Below, one piece after another: positions 29,760 to 40,150 of a DNA stretch of 64,000 nucleotides (positions are counted from its first letter, which is position 1; the number at the start of each line of letters is the position of its first letter). The notes under the pieces were generated by a model. That model saw nothing but the letters and a program-made list of their open reading frames with translations, was not told the DNA's origin and did not search any database. The DNA is from Bdellovibrionota bacterium (GTDB taxonomy: Bacteria > Bdellovibrionota_C > UBA2361 > JBIKWN01). The stretch is taken from NCBI GenBank assembly GCA_044356295.1, contig JBIKWN010000001.1, positions 32,001 through 96,000 of the forward strand, read 5' to 3'. A program made the position numbers and the translations under genes.

Positions 29760-30077
29760 ATGAAGCCAACAGATATAACTTTTAAAGCAACGAGTATGGC
29801 AAAGCCGCTCATTGAATCGATTGCACACCTCCCAGAGTTCGATCAATTCATGAAAAGTTATTTTTTATTCTGGAAAAATCCTCGTATGCATTATGCACCT
29901 GGTGGAAAATCAGAAGGCATTCATGAGGAATTAGGCTTTGCGGCAATTATGAAAACACTTCAAGACAGAAGTCAGATAGTTGAATTCTATCATATATCGG
30001 AAGTAGAAAAAGTTGGTACCTCAGTTGAGCCACGCGTAGAAGCAACTTTATCCGTATCTTTAGGAAAACTTCAGTAA
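29760..30077 (+). CDS. Hypothetical protein
   Basis: 105-aa ATG ORF continuing the operon; no recognised motif. Confidence 0.65.
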   Translation: MKPTDITFKATSMAKPLIESIAHLPEFDQFMKSYFLFWKNPRMHYAPGGKSEGIHEELGFAAIMKTLQDRSQIVEFYHISEVEKVGTSVEPRVEATLSVSLGKLQ

Positions 30078-30092
30078 GAAACCGTACTTCTA

Positions 30093-30962
30093 TCAATATA
30101 TTCCTAGCCCTACATCTAGAGCTAAGAGAATAAACAAAAGCGGTAAGTATAAAATTGAATATCTAAAAACTGTCTTAGCGGCGGCGTTTTGATGGGTTCT
30201 GCTACTTTGCTCACAGTAATAGATCATTATAAAGCCAAGAATGGTCGAGCCAATCGCATAAACAACCCCTGCAGCCCCTATACAATAAAGAGCCAATGTG
30301 GAAAGAAGCATTAAGTATGAAAACCATCTAATTTGTCGAAAGGTACTGATGCCATCTGGCTCAATACAAGGGAGCATTTTAAAACCTCCACGGGCGTAAT
30401 CTTCTCGAAGCATCCATGCAATCGCATAGAAATGTGGATGCTGCCAAGTAAACATTATGGCAAACAAAATCCATGCTTCAATAGATATATGATTTGTAGC
30501 AGCAACCCATCCTCCCATAATAGGTAGTGCTCCCGGGATAGCTCCAATAGCGGTATTTAACCATGTTTGTCTTTTTAAAGGAGTATAAACAAGTGCGTAA
30601 AGAAATGTGGTCATTAATGCAAGAAATCCTGAAAGCAGATTTACTTGCCAAGCAAGGAGTGTGCACCCAAAGATTGTGCACAAAATTCCATAAGCAAAAG
30701 CTTCTTGTGCCGAGACTCTTCCACTTGGAATCGGACGGTTTTTTGTACGATTCATTTTTGTATCAACATCACGCTCTAAGAAGTGATTGAGAGCGCCAGC
30801 TCCAGCAGCACAAACTGTTGTGCCAACTAACGTAATAAAAAGAATATAAAAATTTGTTGCAGCACGCTCAGCAAGAACAAAACCAAGAGCAGTTGATACA
30901 AGAACAAGAATTAAAATTCCTGGCTTTGATAATTCAATATAGTCTTTAATCTTTTGACGCAT
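30093..30962 (-). CDS. cyoE: Protoheme IX farnesyltransferase (heme o synthase)
   Basis: LSKPGI, ERDVDTKMNRTKNRPIPSG, YTPLKR, GAIPGALP, WQHPHFYAIA. Confidence 0.96.
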   Translation of the reverse strand: MRQKIKDYIELSKPGILILVLVSTALGFVLAERAATNFYILFITLVGTTVCAAGAGALNHFLERDVDTKMNRTKNRPIPSGRVSAQEAFAYGILCTIFGCTLLAWQVNLLSGFLALMTTFLYALVYTPLKRQTWLNTAIGAIPGALPIMGGWVAATNHISIEAWILFAIMFTWQHPHFYAIAWMLREDYARGGFKMLPCIEPDGISTFRQIRWFSYLMLLSTLALYCIGAAGVVYAIGSTILGFIMIYYCEQSSRTHQNAAAKTVFRYSILYLPLLFILLALDVGLGIY

Positions 30963-30980
30963 GTAGTTCCGAAAGTATAC

Positions 30981-31976
30981 CTATTCTTCTCCAGCTGGAC
31001 GAGACATAAGAAGTCCTACCATCTCTTCAGGTTGGATGGCGCCGTGTAATACGCGATGAAGCGCCTCTGTTATAGGCATTGAAATTCCATGTTTCTTAGC
31101 AATTCTATCAACAACTGGAGTTGAAAATACACCTTCAGCCGTAGAACCTACTTCATCTGCTGCTTTTTCTGCTGTAAGACCTTCTCCAATCTTATAACCA
31201 AAAGAATAATTTCTGCTGGTTATTGAAGAAGTGGTAAGAATCAGGTCTCCAAGCCCAGAGAGACCAGATAACGTTTGAGGTTTACCTCCGAAGTACAGTG
31301 AAAACCGTGTCATCTCTGCAAGACCTCTAGTAATGAGGGCAGCTTTCGTAGAATCACCAAGTTTTAAACCTGCACAAATTCCACTCGCGACAGCTATAAT
31401 ATTTTTTAAAGCACCACCAAGCTCAACTCCAATAACATCGTCTGAAGGATAAACTCTCATTGAGGAGGACTGAAAAAGTTCAGAGATCAGTTGGGCATCC
31501 TGTTTTTGAGCAGAAGCAATACTTACCGCAACAGGAGTCTTAGTCATAACATCAATTGCAAAACTTGGTCCAGAAAGACTACAGAGCTTTGCCTTTGAAC
31601 CTTGCTCTTTATAATAAGCACAAGGAGTAAGGTTCGTCAGTGGCTCAAACCCTTTCATAACACTGACAAGGTACTGTTTGTCATCAAGCCTTGAGGCAAA
31701 GTCATACTCACTAATTACGCGAGTTGGAAGAGCTACTAAAATTATTTCACTTTTTGAAATTATGCTCAGTTCAGTTGTTGCACTAAATAAAAGAGCAAAC
31801 TGTGAAAAACAGTATGGATGCTTTTTAGTTTGTGTAATAGATCGAACTATCTCTTCTTCGCGAGACCATCCAGTAACAGTATGACCAAGTCGAGCAAGAT
31901 AGTGTGCTAGCGCAGTACCCCAGTGTCCGAGACCAACTACCCCAATACTGCGCTTTTGCATGCCATTTTTTGCCAC
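30981..31976 (-). CDS. gpsA: NAD(P)H-dependent glycerol-3-phosphate dehydrogenase
   Basis: GLGHWGTALA, LSGPSFA, GVELGGALKNIIA, GLSGLGDLILT..S..SRN. Confidence 0.96.
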   Translation of the reverse strand: MAKNGMQKRSIGVVGLGHWGTALAHYLARLGHTVTGWSREEEIVRSITQTKKHPYCFSQFALLFSATTELSIISKSEIILVALPTRVISEYDFASRLDDKQYLVSVMKGFEPLTNLTPCAYYKEQGSKAKLCSLSGPSFAIDVMTKTPVAVSIASAQKQDAQLISELFQSSSMRVYPSDDVIGVELGGALKNIIAVASGICAGLKLGDSTKAALITRGLAEMTRFSLYFGGKPQTLSGLSGLGDLILTTSSITSRNYSFGYKIGEGLTAEKAADEVGSTAEGVFSTPVVDRIAKKHGISMPITEALHRVLHGAIQPEEMVGLLMSRPAGEE

Positions 31977-31982
31977 AAAAGA

Positions 31983-34439
31983 TTACTCAGCTTCCCCATC
32001 AAAGAGATGGCAAACAGCAACTACTTTTTCACCCTCTTCTAGATCAATAAGCCTTACACCCATTGTATTTCTGCCTATAACAGAAATACCTTTGCATTCT
32101 ATTTTAATAATTTTTCCTGAAGAAGTAACAAGCATTCCAGAAGATTCATCATCTACGATAAACGCTCCAACAACATTACCATTACGCCCCTCTGTTTGAA
32201 TATCAATGACTCCTTTTCCAGCTCTCCCTTGAGTTCGGTAGTCATCAATTTTTGTTCTCTTTCCAAAACCATTTTCGCATACAGTCATAAGAGTTTTTGG
32301 ACTTGCATTTGTTTCATCGGCAGCAGAAACAACAGTCATACTGACTACTAAATCATTATCATCAAGATTAATTCCAGTTACGCCTCGTGCTGTTCTTCCA
32401 ACTGCACGAACATCAGTGCTTGCAAAACGTATCGACATTCCTGTTTGAGTAGCTAAAACGACCTCGTCTTTCTCTGAAGCAATCGAAACTCCAACAAGTG
32501 AATCACCTTCACCTAATGTGCATGCAACAATCCCCGTCTTTCGTGAACGACTAAATTCCATCAATTCAATTTTCTTAATGTAACCAGATTTAGTTGCCAT
32601 TAAGACATACTGATCAGGGGTATAACTCTTCACAGGAAGAATTGTTGAGATAGCTTCATCTGCTTTAAGATTTAAAAGATTGACGAGAGCACGACCTTTT
32701 GCAGTTCTTCCGGACTCTGGAATTTCATACACTTTAAGCCAATAAAGTCTTCCAAGAGTGGTAAACACTAATAATTCATCTTTCGTTGATGCAACAAATA
32801 AATGTTCTGTGAAATCTTCATCTTTGCTCGATGCTCCAGTAACGCCTTTTCCACCACGACGCTGAGCTCGGTATGCATTTGTAGCAATTCGTTTAGCGTA
32901 GCCAGTATGACTTACGGTTACGACCATCTCTTCATCTTCAATAAGGTCTTCAACGTTGATCTCTGCACCATCGTCAACAATCTCTGTTCTTCGCTTATCG
33001 CCGTATTTCTCAACTATCGCTTGTAGCTCTCCGACAATAATAGTGTCGACTTTTTTGCTGTCTCTAAGGATTGAAAGCAGCTCTTCAATTTCTTTAGCAA
33101 GCTCTGCATATTCTTGCTCAATTGCAAGACGCTCCATTCCTGTAAGTTTTTGTAGTCGAAGATCGAGGATTGCTTGGGCTTGTATCTCGCTCGTCTTGTA
33201 GTGAGTACAAAGATTATCTTTTGCTTCTTTTGGTGAATCACTCTCTTTAATAAGTTTAATCACTGCATCTATATTAATAAGGGCAATTCTAAATCCTTCT
33301 AATAAATGCATTCGCTCATTTGCTTTTCTGAGCTGGTACTGAGTGCGTCTTGTTACCACGTCACGTCGGTGATCGATGAAATGATTAAGCATTGGAATAA
33401 GCCCAAGAACGACAGGCTTACCTTCTACAATCGCAAGATTGATAATTCCAAAACTTACTTGGAGTGGTGTTGTTTTATAAAGCTGATTGAGAACAACTTC
33501 AGGAGTAGCATCTCGTTTCAACTCAATAACAATTCTCATACCAGATCGATCTGATTCATCACGGAGCTTTGAGATTCCTTCAATTGTTTTATCGTTTACA
33601 AGCTCTGCAATTTTTTCGAGTAATCGTGATTTATTCACTTGGTATGGGATCTCATGAACGATAAGAGCTTGGACATCTCTATTCTTCCCCTCAAGTGCTT
33701 CTATGGATGTTTTTGCACGAAGCTGAATAATTCCTTTTCCAGTTGAATACGCTGATACAAGTGCTCCGCGCCCATAAATAGTTCCCCCTGTAGGAAAATC
33801 TGGACCAGGGATATGTTCCATAAGCTGCATGAAGTTCATATCAGGATTTTGAATCAATGCCATAGTGCCATTGATGACTTCACGAAGATTATGGGGAGGG
33901 ATATGTGTTGCCATTCCAACTGCAATTCCATCACTTCCATTCACCAAAAGATTTGGAATCATGTTTGGAAGAACAACTGGTTCTTGCCTTGATTCATCAA
34001 AATTTGGAATAAAATCAACTGTGTCACTTTCAATATCAGCAAGAAGTTGTTCGGACACCGAGGTCATTCGACACTCTGTATATCTATATGCCGCAGCAGG
34101 ATCACCATCTATAGAGCCAAAGTTACCCTGACCATCAACGAGTGGATAACGTAAGTTCCAAGGCTGTGCTAAACGAACAAGAGCTTCATATACTGAAGAG
34201 TCACCGTGTGGGTGATACTTACCAAGTACTTCACCTACAACGTTTGCACATTTTAAATGTTTACGATTCGATAAAAGGCCGCTGTCGTACATCGCATAAA
34301 GCACTCGACGTTGCACTGGTTTTAAACCATCACGAACATCTGGAAGCGCTCTTCCAACAATAACGCTCATTGCATAGTCCATATAGGACTGACGCATTTC
34401 TTCTTCAATATTTACTAGTGATACTTGTCCGTTTTCCAT
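31983..34439 (-). CDS. gyrA: DNA gyrase subunit A
   Basis: [29 protein letters not shown], GyrA-box QRRGGKG, beta-pinwheel repeats. Confidence 0.98.
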   Translation of the reverse strand: MENGQVSLVNIEEEMRQSYMDYAMSVIVGRALPDVRDGLKPVQRRVLYAMYDSGLLSNRKHLKCANVVGEVLGKYHPHGDSSVYEALVRLAQPWNLRYPLVDGQGNFGSIDGDPAAAYRYTECRMTSVSEQLLADIESDTVDFIPNFDESRQEPVVLPNMIPNLLVNGSDGIAVGMATHIPPHNLREVINGTMALIQNPDMNFMQLMEHIPGPDFPTGGTIYGRGALVSAYSTGKGIIQLRAKTSIEALEGKNRDVQALIVHEIPYQVNKSRLLEKIAELVNDKTIEGISKLRDESDRSGMRIVIELKRDATPEVVLNQLYKTTPLQVSFGIINLAIVEGKPVVLGLIPMLNHFIDHRRDVVTRRTQYQLRKANERMHLLEGFRIALINIDAVIKLIKESDSPKEAKDNLCTHYKTSEIQAQAILDLRLQKLTGMERLAIEQEYAELAKEIEELLSILRDSKKVDTIIVGELQAIVEKYGDKRRTEIVDDGAEINVEDLIEDEEMVVTVSHTGYAKRIATNAYRAQRRGGKGVTGASSKDEDFTEHLFVASTKDELLVFTTLGRLYWLKVYEIPESGRTAKGRALVNLLNLKADEAISTILPVKSYTPDQYVLMATKSGYIKKIELMEFSRSRKTGIVACTLGEGDSLVGVSIASEKDEVVLATQTGMSIRFASTDVRAVGRTARGVTGINLDDNDLVVSMTVVSAADETNASPKTLMTVCENGFGKRTKIDDYRTQGRAGKGVIDIQTEGRNGNVVGAFIVDDESSGMLVTSSGKIIKIECKGISVIGRNTMGVRLIDLEEGEKVVAVCHLFDGEAE

Positions 34440-34442
34440 ATT

Positions 34443-35975
34443 TTACCGTTGATTTAAAATCATTCTTGTTAAAGTTCTTACAGCAAAACCAACTCCGCCT
34501 TGCTTTATATATCCACTGCTCCTATCTGAATCAGATGGTCCTGCAATATCGAGGTGAGCCCATCTGGTGTCAGTGACAAACTCTTTTAAAAACAGAGCAG
34601 CAATCGTAGCGCCCGCCCATCGGTTCCCTGAAATATTTTTCAGATCTGCAACGGGACTTTTGATTGATGCTGCATATTCTGGAGCAAGTGGAAGTTGCCA
34701 AAAACGTTCCCCTGCAATTGAACCTTGATCGATTATCTCTTTAGAAAGCTTTTCATCATCTGAAAAAAGACCAGCATACTGCATACCAAGAGCTACCATA
34801 CATGCTCCAGTCAATGTTGCTATATCAATAACAATATTCGCTTTATCTTTACATGCAAGGGTCAGTGCATCTGCTAAGATTAATCTTCCTTCAGCATCTG
34901 TATTTAATATTTCAATAGTTTTACCGTTCATTGCTTTAACGATATCCCCAACACGTGTTGCTTCACCGTTAATCATATTTTCGGTTGTTGGGATATAACC
35001 ACGAACTTCAATATTTGGCTTTAAGGTCGAAACTGCTTGCATAACACCAAGCACACACGCAGCACCTGCCATGTCCCCTTTCATCCCAATCATTGAATCG
35101 CCAGGTTTTAAAGAATATCCACCGGTATCATACGTAATGCCCTTTCCTACGAGAGAGACTACCTTTGTTTTCGAATTCTTTTTTATGGGCTGATAGGTAA
35201 GCTTAATTAAAAATGGAGGTAATGACGTACCTTTTGAAACTGAAAGGAATGAATGCGCTCCCATTTTTTCAAGTTGCGCTCTTTCAAATATTTGAATTTT
35301 AAGTTTTCCCTTACTCGCAATTGTTTTTGCAACAGAAACTAAATATGGCGGAGTGCAATCATTAGGTGGCATGTTGATGAGGTCTCTTGCAAACGAAGTT
35401 GACTCACTCAATGTTATTGCTCTCTGCAGAATACGTTCGTCAATTTTTTTATGATTAACAAAAATAATCTCTTCTAATTTTAAGGGGTCAGCTTTTTTTG
35501 ATTTATATTGTGAGTACTCATAACCACCAAGTGAAATACCTTCAATCATCGCGCAAAATGAAGATTCTTTTTCTAAAGATAGGTGTGAAGTTAAAATTGA
35601 AGTAGACTTAACATGAAGTTCTCTAGCTGTTGAAGATATCAAAGCACCGATAAAGCGAAGTGTTTCATGTTTTGAAAAAACATCCTGGTTCTGAGTATCA
35701 AAACCTATAACTAAAATATTAGGAAAGTCCTCTGAGAGCCCTGAAATCAGTACGGATTCTCCAGATTGAGCTTTAAATGATCTTTTAGAGAGAAGATCTC
35801 GAAGCTTTCCACCTACTAAAAGATTCAAGGATAGGAAGGTAAAAGTTCCATAACTACCTGTATTTGTAGGCTTTTTTCCAGTTTGTGCTTTAGAAATTTC
35901 GGTTTCGTTTACAGTAACGACAATGAGCTCTGAAGTGAACTTAGTAGGAATTGAGGGCAGGGATGTGAACTTCAT
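34443..35975 (-). CDS. pepA: Leucyl aminopeptidase (M17)
   Basis: VGKGITYDTGG, MKGDMAGAA, NTDAEGRLILAD, ATLTGA, WAHLDIAG. Confidence 0.96.
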   Translation of the reverse strand: MKFTSLPSIPTKFTSELIVVTVNETEISKAQTGKKPTNTGSYGTFTFLSLNLLVGGKLRDLLSKRSFKAQSGESVLISGLSEDFPNILVIGFDTQNQDVFSKHETLRFIGALISSTARELHVKSTSILTSHLSLEKESSFCAMIEGISLGGYEYSQYKSKKADPLKLEEIIFVNHKKIDERILQRAITLSESTSFARDLINMPPNDCTPPYLVSVAKTIASKGKLKIQIFERAQLEKMGAHSFLSVSKGTSLPPFLIKLTYQPIKKNSKTKVVSLVGKGITYDTGGYSLKPGDSMIGMKGDMAGAACVLGVMQAVSTLKPNIEVRGYIPTTENMINGEATRVGDIVKAMNGKTIEILNTDAEGRLILADALTLACKDKANIVIDIATLTGACMVALGMQYAGLFSDDEKLSKEIIDQGSIAGERFWQLPLAPEYAASIKSPVADLKNISGNRWAGATIAALFLKEFVTDTRWAHLDIAGPSDSDRSSGYIKQGGVGFAVRTLTRMILNQR

Positions 35976-36201
35976 AATTTATTCAAAAAAATCAAACAGT
36001 TATAGTCTATTTTTGCCTTCTAAGGGAGCCGAAATTATACACTTTTTCAGACTATCTTCACAGCTCTAAACCGTAGTAATACTGAGAAAAATTAGTAGTA
36101 ATTCCTCTGTATTTTTGGGCTTTTGCAAGAGTGGGAATCTCTTTAAGGTCTGACTACTCAAGAAAGATTGCTGTAGCGGCGAACTAAATCAGTAAGAAAA
36201 T

Positions 36202-37605
36202 ATGAACCGTCAATTATTTATAATTCAAAAATCTCAGAATCTACCTGAAGGGCTGCGTCAGGCTCTGAAAACAAAAGGATTCCCTTCAACAATTATTGAA
36301 AGTGTTAGTGAAATAGAGGCAGCAGTTGGAAGTATTAATGACTTTATTACGCTCGTCTACTGCGATGAGAACACGGATAAACAAACACTACTCGGTGAAC
36401 TGGTAGAGCTAAAGCTACTTCATCAAAATCCAATCGTTTTAATCGGAAATAATTTAGATTCTTCCGAATCATTCCTCAATAGACATTTTATTTTAGCAAC
36501 AACTCTTACATCTCCTTGTTCAAACAACGATGTCGTATCTGCTGTTACGTATGTTATCAAATATGTAGATAGGATTCGAAAGCAGAGAAAGCCATCTGAA
36601 GCTACCGAGCAAGAATCATCGCGTGCATTTTATAAAGAGTTTAAACTTGTACCCCATGGTATCTTTAAAAAGTTAGATGAACTTGGGCTGTTTGAAAAAA
36701 TCCTAGGTGGGGCAGAGTATGCCACAACGTTTCGCCCACAAAACTTAAAAGAAAAATATTTCTATCCACAAGATGAATATCGCCGAGAATGTGTTGAAGA
36801 GATAACTGACAGTCTCGACGAATCACAATTAAGTCGATTTACAAGAATAGCATTACTGAGCCATAAAATTTTAACTGCTGTAGGGCTTTCAGAGAATATC
36901 TTTCAAGATGCACTGACTGCCGCAAATCTATATTCATACGGATTTTTTCTAAACTCGAAAACTTCGGCAAGTTCTGAATATTTTTCTGAATCTAAAATAG
37001 CCATGCGTAAAGAAGTCTGTAGCTTGGTAAAAGATGCTCTCATTTCGATACCAGCCCTTAGTCAGTTTGGTGAAACAAAAGAGATTATTAAACGAGTCGG
37101 TAAATTTATAGGAGAGGAAGATACCCCTGACGAAAGTTCTCTTTCTATCGCTGCCTCTGCGATTGCAACTGCTGATGCAGTAGACCGAGTTGTATTTAAT
37201 AGAAATGTTTTTCAACCAGTAGCTGCTTATTGTCTTCTTTCTAAGTTCAAAAGAGAGCAGATTCCATTTATGCATCCTCTTGTCCTAGGGATAGTTGTCA
37301 AGATTCTTGCCGAAGCTGCAACGTCAAATGCATCTGGAATCGCTATTACTAAAAAGATGAAAGATGTTGCTCGTCTTACGCAAGCAGCTTCTCTTATTGA
37401 AAACCAAATTATCAAACAAGATGAAGTCGCCATTTCAATTAGCCAACTGGCACCTGGTATGAAACTAACTCAGGGTGTCATTACCTATGATGGAAAATCT
37501 GTTCTTGATGAACCAGTTATACTCGATCAGGATCTGATCTGGAGACTGTGGCAGTTATCTTCAATTCGCCCACTACAAGAAAAAGTAGTGGTAGAAAAAG
37601 AGTAG
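36202..37605 (+). CDS. Degenerate REC-like + HD-GYP-like signalling protein
   Basis: N-terminal receiver-like alpha/beta pattern; helical HD-fold region with AANLYSYG in place of AALLHDIG and AIATADAVD; C-terminal ISQLAPGMKL...DG..VL.....L....I.RL motif typical of HD-GYP accessory domains. Confidence 0.55.
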   Translation: MNRQLFIIQKSQNLPEGLRQALKTKGFPSTIIESVSEIEAAVGSINDFITLVYCDENTDKQTLLGELVELKLLHQNPIVLIGNNLDSSESFLNRHFILATTLTSPCSNNDVVSAVTYVIKYVDRIRKQRKPSEATEQESSRAFYKEFKLVPHGIFKKLDELGLFEKILGGAEYATTFRPQNLKEKYFYPQDEYRRECVEEITDSLDESQLSRFTRIALLSHKILTAVGLSENIFQDALTAANLYSYGFFLNSKTSASSEYFSESKIAMRKEVCSLVKDALISIPALSQFGETKEIIKRVGKFIGEEDTPDESSLSIAASAIATADAVDRVVFNRNVFQPVAAYCLLSKFKREQIPFMHPLVLGIVVKILAEAATSNASGIAITKKMKDVARLTQAASLIENQIIKQDEVAISISQLAPGMKLTQGVITYDGKSVLDEPVILDQDLIWRLWQLSSIRPLQEKVVVEKE

Positions 37606-37640
37606 GGAGCACAAAGGAGCACTCCCCAAAAAAGCATACG

Positions 37641-37898
37641 TTAGAATAATTCAACAAATAGCTTTTGAGCTATCTTTTCAGAATCAACCTTATACGTACC
37701 TTTTTCATATTGCTCTCGGATACTACTAACTTTCTCTGAGCTATTAGGTTTATCAACTCCACCAGTATTCGAAGCAAAAGAAACTTTTGCTGCGTCATCT
37801 GTTGTTGATAGGGTTTTGCTTCTTTCCGTTTGTGCTGATGCACGTTCTGGTAAGCGCACGACATTCGATACCGCTGAGTTCAGCGACTTTATTTCCAT
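37641..37898 (-). CDS. flgM: Anti-sigma28 factor FlgM
   Basis: D.AKVS, EKVSSIREQYEKGTYKVDSEKIAQKL signature. Confidence 0.9.
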   Translation of the reverse strand: MEIKSLNSAVSNVVRLPERASAQTERSKTLSTTDDAAKVSFASNTGGVDKPNSSEKVSSIREQYEKGTYKVDSEKIAQKLFVELF

Positions 37899-38006
37899 GT
37901 TACACCTCGTCCTTGACGAATAGGGCTTCTTTCTGCAAAAGCACTATCCTCTTAATCCGTTTCAGCCATCCTTAGCCAATGACGAGAATCCTTTCTACAA
38001 TTAATT

Positions 38007-38033
38007 ATTTCGACTTGTAACAAAATTGTCTTA
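38007..38033 (-). promoter_or_regulatory. sigma28 (FliA) promoter of flgM
   Basis: Minus strand TAAG-N15-GTCGAAAT, about 110 nt upstream of flgM, a classic sigma28 target. Confidence 0.65.
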
Positions 38034-38066
38034 AGCTCAATCTTTCAGAAGGGCATACGAAAAATC

Positions 38067-38477
38067 ATGAAATTTAAGATCATCACTGAATCCGTTGTAA
38101 AACAGAAATTCGTTCTATCAGGAGAAGAAGAATATAAAATTAGATTACAATCGAGCGCTCCTATTGAAATGAGCGTAGGAGGTATCGAAAAAATACCAGA
38201 CAGAAGTTTTGTAATCGCTCTTGATGAAAATGGGAAAGAGCACTCCTCGGAAGATTTTGCCGAGTTCCTCCGTAAAAAAACAGTTTCAGGAACGAGTCAT
38301 TTTACATTTCTTATAGGTGGGGCTTCGGGACTGACCGATGCAATGCGGAAAAGAGCGAACGCAACCATTGCGCTTTCAAAGTTAACCTTTACCTATCAGA
38401 TGACACGACTTATTCTTGTTGAACAATTGTACCGCGCGGTCACTATAATTCAGGGCAAGCCCTACCATAAGGAATAA
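38067..38477 (+). CDS. rlmH: 23S rRNA (pseudouridine1915-N3)-methyltransferase RlmH
   Basis: LDENGKEHSSEDFA, FLIGGASGL, LSKLTF...RLILVEQLYRA..I..G.PYH. Confidence 0.93.
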   Translation: MKFKIITESVVKQKFVLSGEEEYKIRLQSSAPIEMSVGGIEKIPDRSFVIALDENGKEHSSEDFAEFLRKKTVSGTSHFTFLIGGASGLTDAMRKRANATIALSKLTFTYQMTRLILVEQLYRAVTIIQGKPYHKE

Positions 38478-38965
38478 TGTATATGGGAAAAATTAAAAAA
38501 TTTGCAGCACTTAATATTAAAAAAATTGTTGGTGGACGTGATCCGTTAAGAGTGGTTGAAGAGTTCCTTTTAAAGTTAAATGTCGATCCGGATAAAGTTT
38601 TAAAAGATAAATCACTTGATGCTGCTCGGTGGCTTGTGCCTCTCAACGAAGAAAATGAATTAGAAGTTTTGATTGAGAATGCTCGCTCTGCGCAAGAGAC
38701 TACTTTTTATCTTGGGGTTAATATTATTACGGTTCCTCTAAGAGGTTCTGCTGATTTTATAGCAGCTGCACTTGAAATTGCAGATGGACTCGTTGGTATC
38801 AAACTAAGCCTTGTTGGATATTATTTAGTACTGAGCGCGACTCTTGGAGGTGCTGATATAACTGTTGATGATCTTGAGTATCACTACCGGCTTATTACTG
38901 CGCAACGACGGTGGTTTCTTGATGCTTTAAGTGATGAGCTCTCTCCACTTGAGGAAGGAGAGTAA
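38477..38965 (+). CDS. YbjN/type III secretion chaperone-fold-like protein
   Basis: Acidic 162-aa protein with an alpha-beta3-alpha-beta2-alpha pattern; fold assignment by eye only. Confidence 0.45.
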   Translation: MYMGKIKKFAALNIKKIVGGRDPLRVVEEFLLKLNVDPDKVLKDKSLDAARWLVPLNEENELEVLIENARSAQETTFYLGVNIITVPLRGSADFIAAALEIADGLVGIKLSLVGYYLVLSATLGGADITVDDLEYHYRLITAQRRWFLDALSDELSPLEEGE

Positions 38966-38972
38966 TTTCTAA

Positions 38973-40089
38973 TTATACTTTAACCCCATCAACAAGATAC
39001 GCTTCGATAAACCCATCGATATCACCATCCATAACTTTATCAATGGATGATGTTTCAAAATTAGTTCGAAGATCTTTCACCATTTGATACGGCTGAAACA
39101 CGTAGGATCGAATCTGACTGCCAAAATCAATCTTCATGCGCGCACCCTTTATTGCGTCCATCTTCTCTGCGTTAATCTGCTGCTCTCTCTCATACAGTTT
39201 TGCTTTTAACATCTTCATGGCTCGCTCTTTATTTTTATGTTGAGAACGATCAATTTGGCATGCGACCACAAGTCCGGTAGGAAGGTGTGTTAATCGAACA
39301 GCCGAATCTGTTTTATTCACGTGCTGTCCTCCTGCACCTGATGAACGATAGGTATCAATTCGAAGGTCTTTCTCATCGATGACTATTTCTACGTCTTCTT
39401 CAATTTCAGGAGTAACAGAAACAGATGCAAAACTTGTATGCCTTCTTGCATTCGAATCAAATGGAGAAATTCTAACTAAACGGTGTACTCCTTGCTCTGA
39501 TCGTAGAAGCCCATAGGCAAAATCACCTTGGATAGAAATAGTGGCAGACTTAAGTCCTGCAACTTCGCCAGGAAGATAATCAACTATCTCAGTTTTAAAT
39601 CCTTTTTTCTCTGACCACCTAATGTACATTCGAAGAAGCATCTCAGCCCAATCCTGCGCTTCGGTGCCACCGGATCCTCCATTTACTTCTAAAAGGACAT
39701 CGGCACGGTCGTGTTCTCCATTCATTTTTAGGAGAAATTCTTGTTTTGATAATATAACTTCAAGGGAGTCCATTGAAGCCTTTGCTTCTAATAAAAAATC
39801 ATCTTCTCCGGCTTCAACTGCAAGCTGCAGAGCCGTTTCTGCATCTGAGAATTTATCAGTAAGTGTTTTTGAAAGTTGAATTATCTCTTGGCATTGAGAT
39901 CTCTCTTTTAAGAGATTTTTCGCAACTTCTGCATCATTCCAGAAATCTGGTGCTTGGGTTTGAACTTCAAGCTCTCCTAATTTTCTTTCTTTTGTTTCAA
40001 CGTCAAAGAAACCCCCTAAGAGCTTCAGTGCGCTCTTTTAACTTTGTAAGGTTTGATTTAATAGTGGTGGCATCAAGGTGCTCTGACAT
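38973..40089 (-). CDS. prfB: Peptide chain release factor 2, translated via programmed +1 frameshift
   Basis: ATG 40089 MSEHLDA..ALRGFL then CTT TGA C. The +1 frame continues DVETKE..PDFWND into the ORF containing SPF and GGQ. Confidence 0.97.
40002..40017 (-). other. prfB +1 frameshift site
   Basis: Minus strand AGGGGG TTT CTT TGA C: internal SD, 3-nt spacer, slippery Leu codon and UGA. Confidence 0.96.
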
Positions 40090-40115
40090 ATGAAGGGTAT
40101 CATGCCAAATATCGA

Positions 40116-40143
40116 TAAAGTTTTCTACGAATCTTACCGATAT
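40116..40143 (+). promoter_or_regulatory. Probable sigma28 promoter of the HDOD gene
   Basis: TAAAGTTT-N12-ACCGATAT versus TAAAGTTT-N11-GCCGATAA; spacer is one nt long. Confidence 0.5.
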
Positions 40144-40150
40144 TCTTACT

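Noticed and set aside
34180..34215. Quinolone-resistance substitutions in the GyrA QRDR
   Set aside because: HGDSSVYEA keeps Ser at the 83-equivalent and an acidic residue at the 87-equivalent position.
37605..37633. Hairpin between the convergent HD-like gene and flgM as an intrinsic terminator
   Set aside because: The stem pairs well only on the minus strand, where the T-run precedes rather than follows it, so it is not called.
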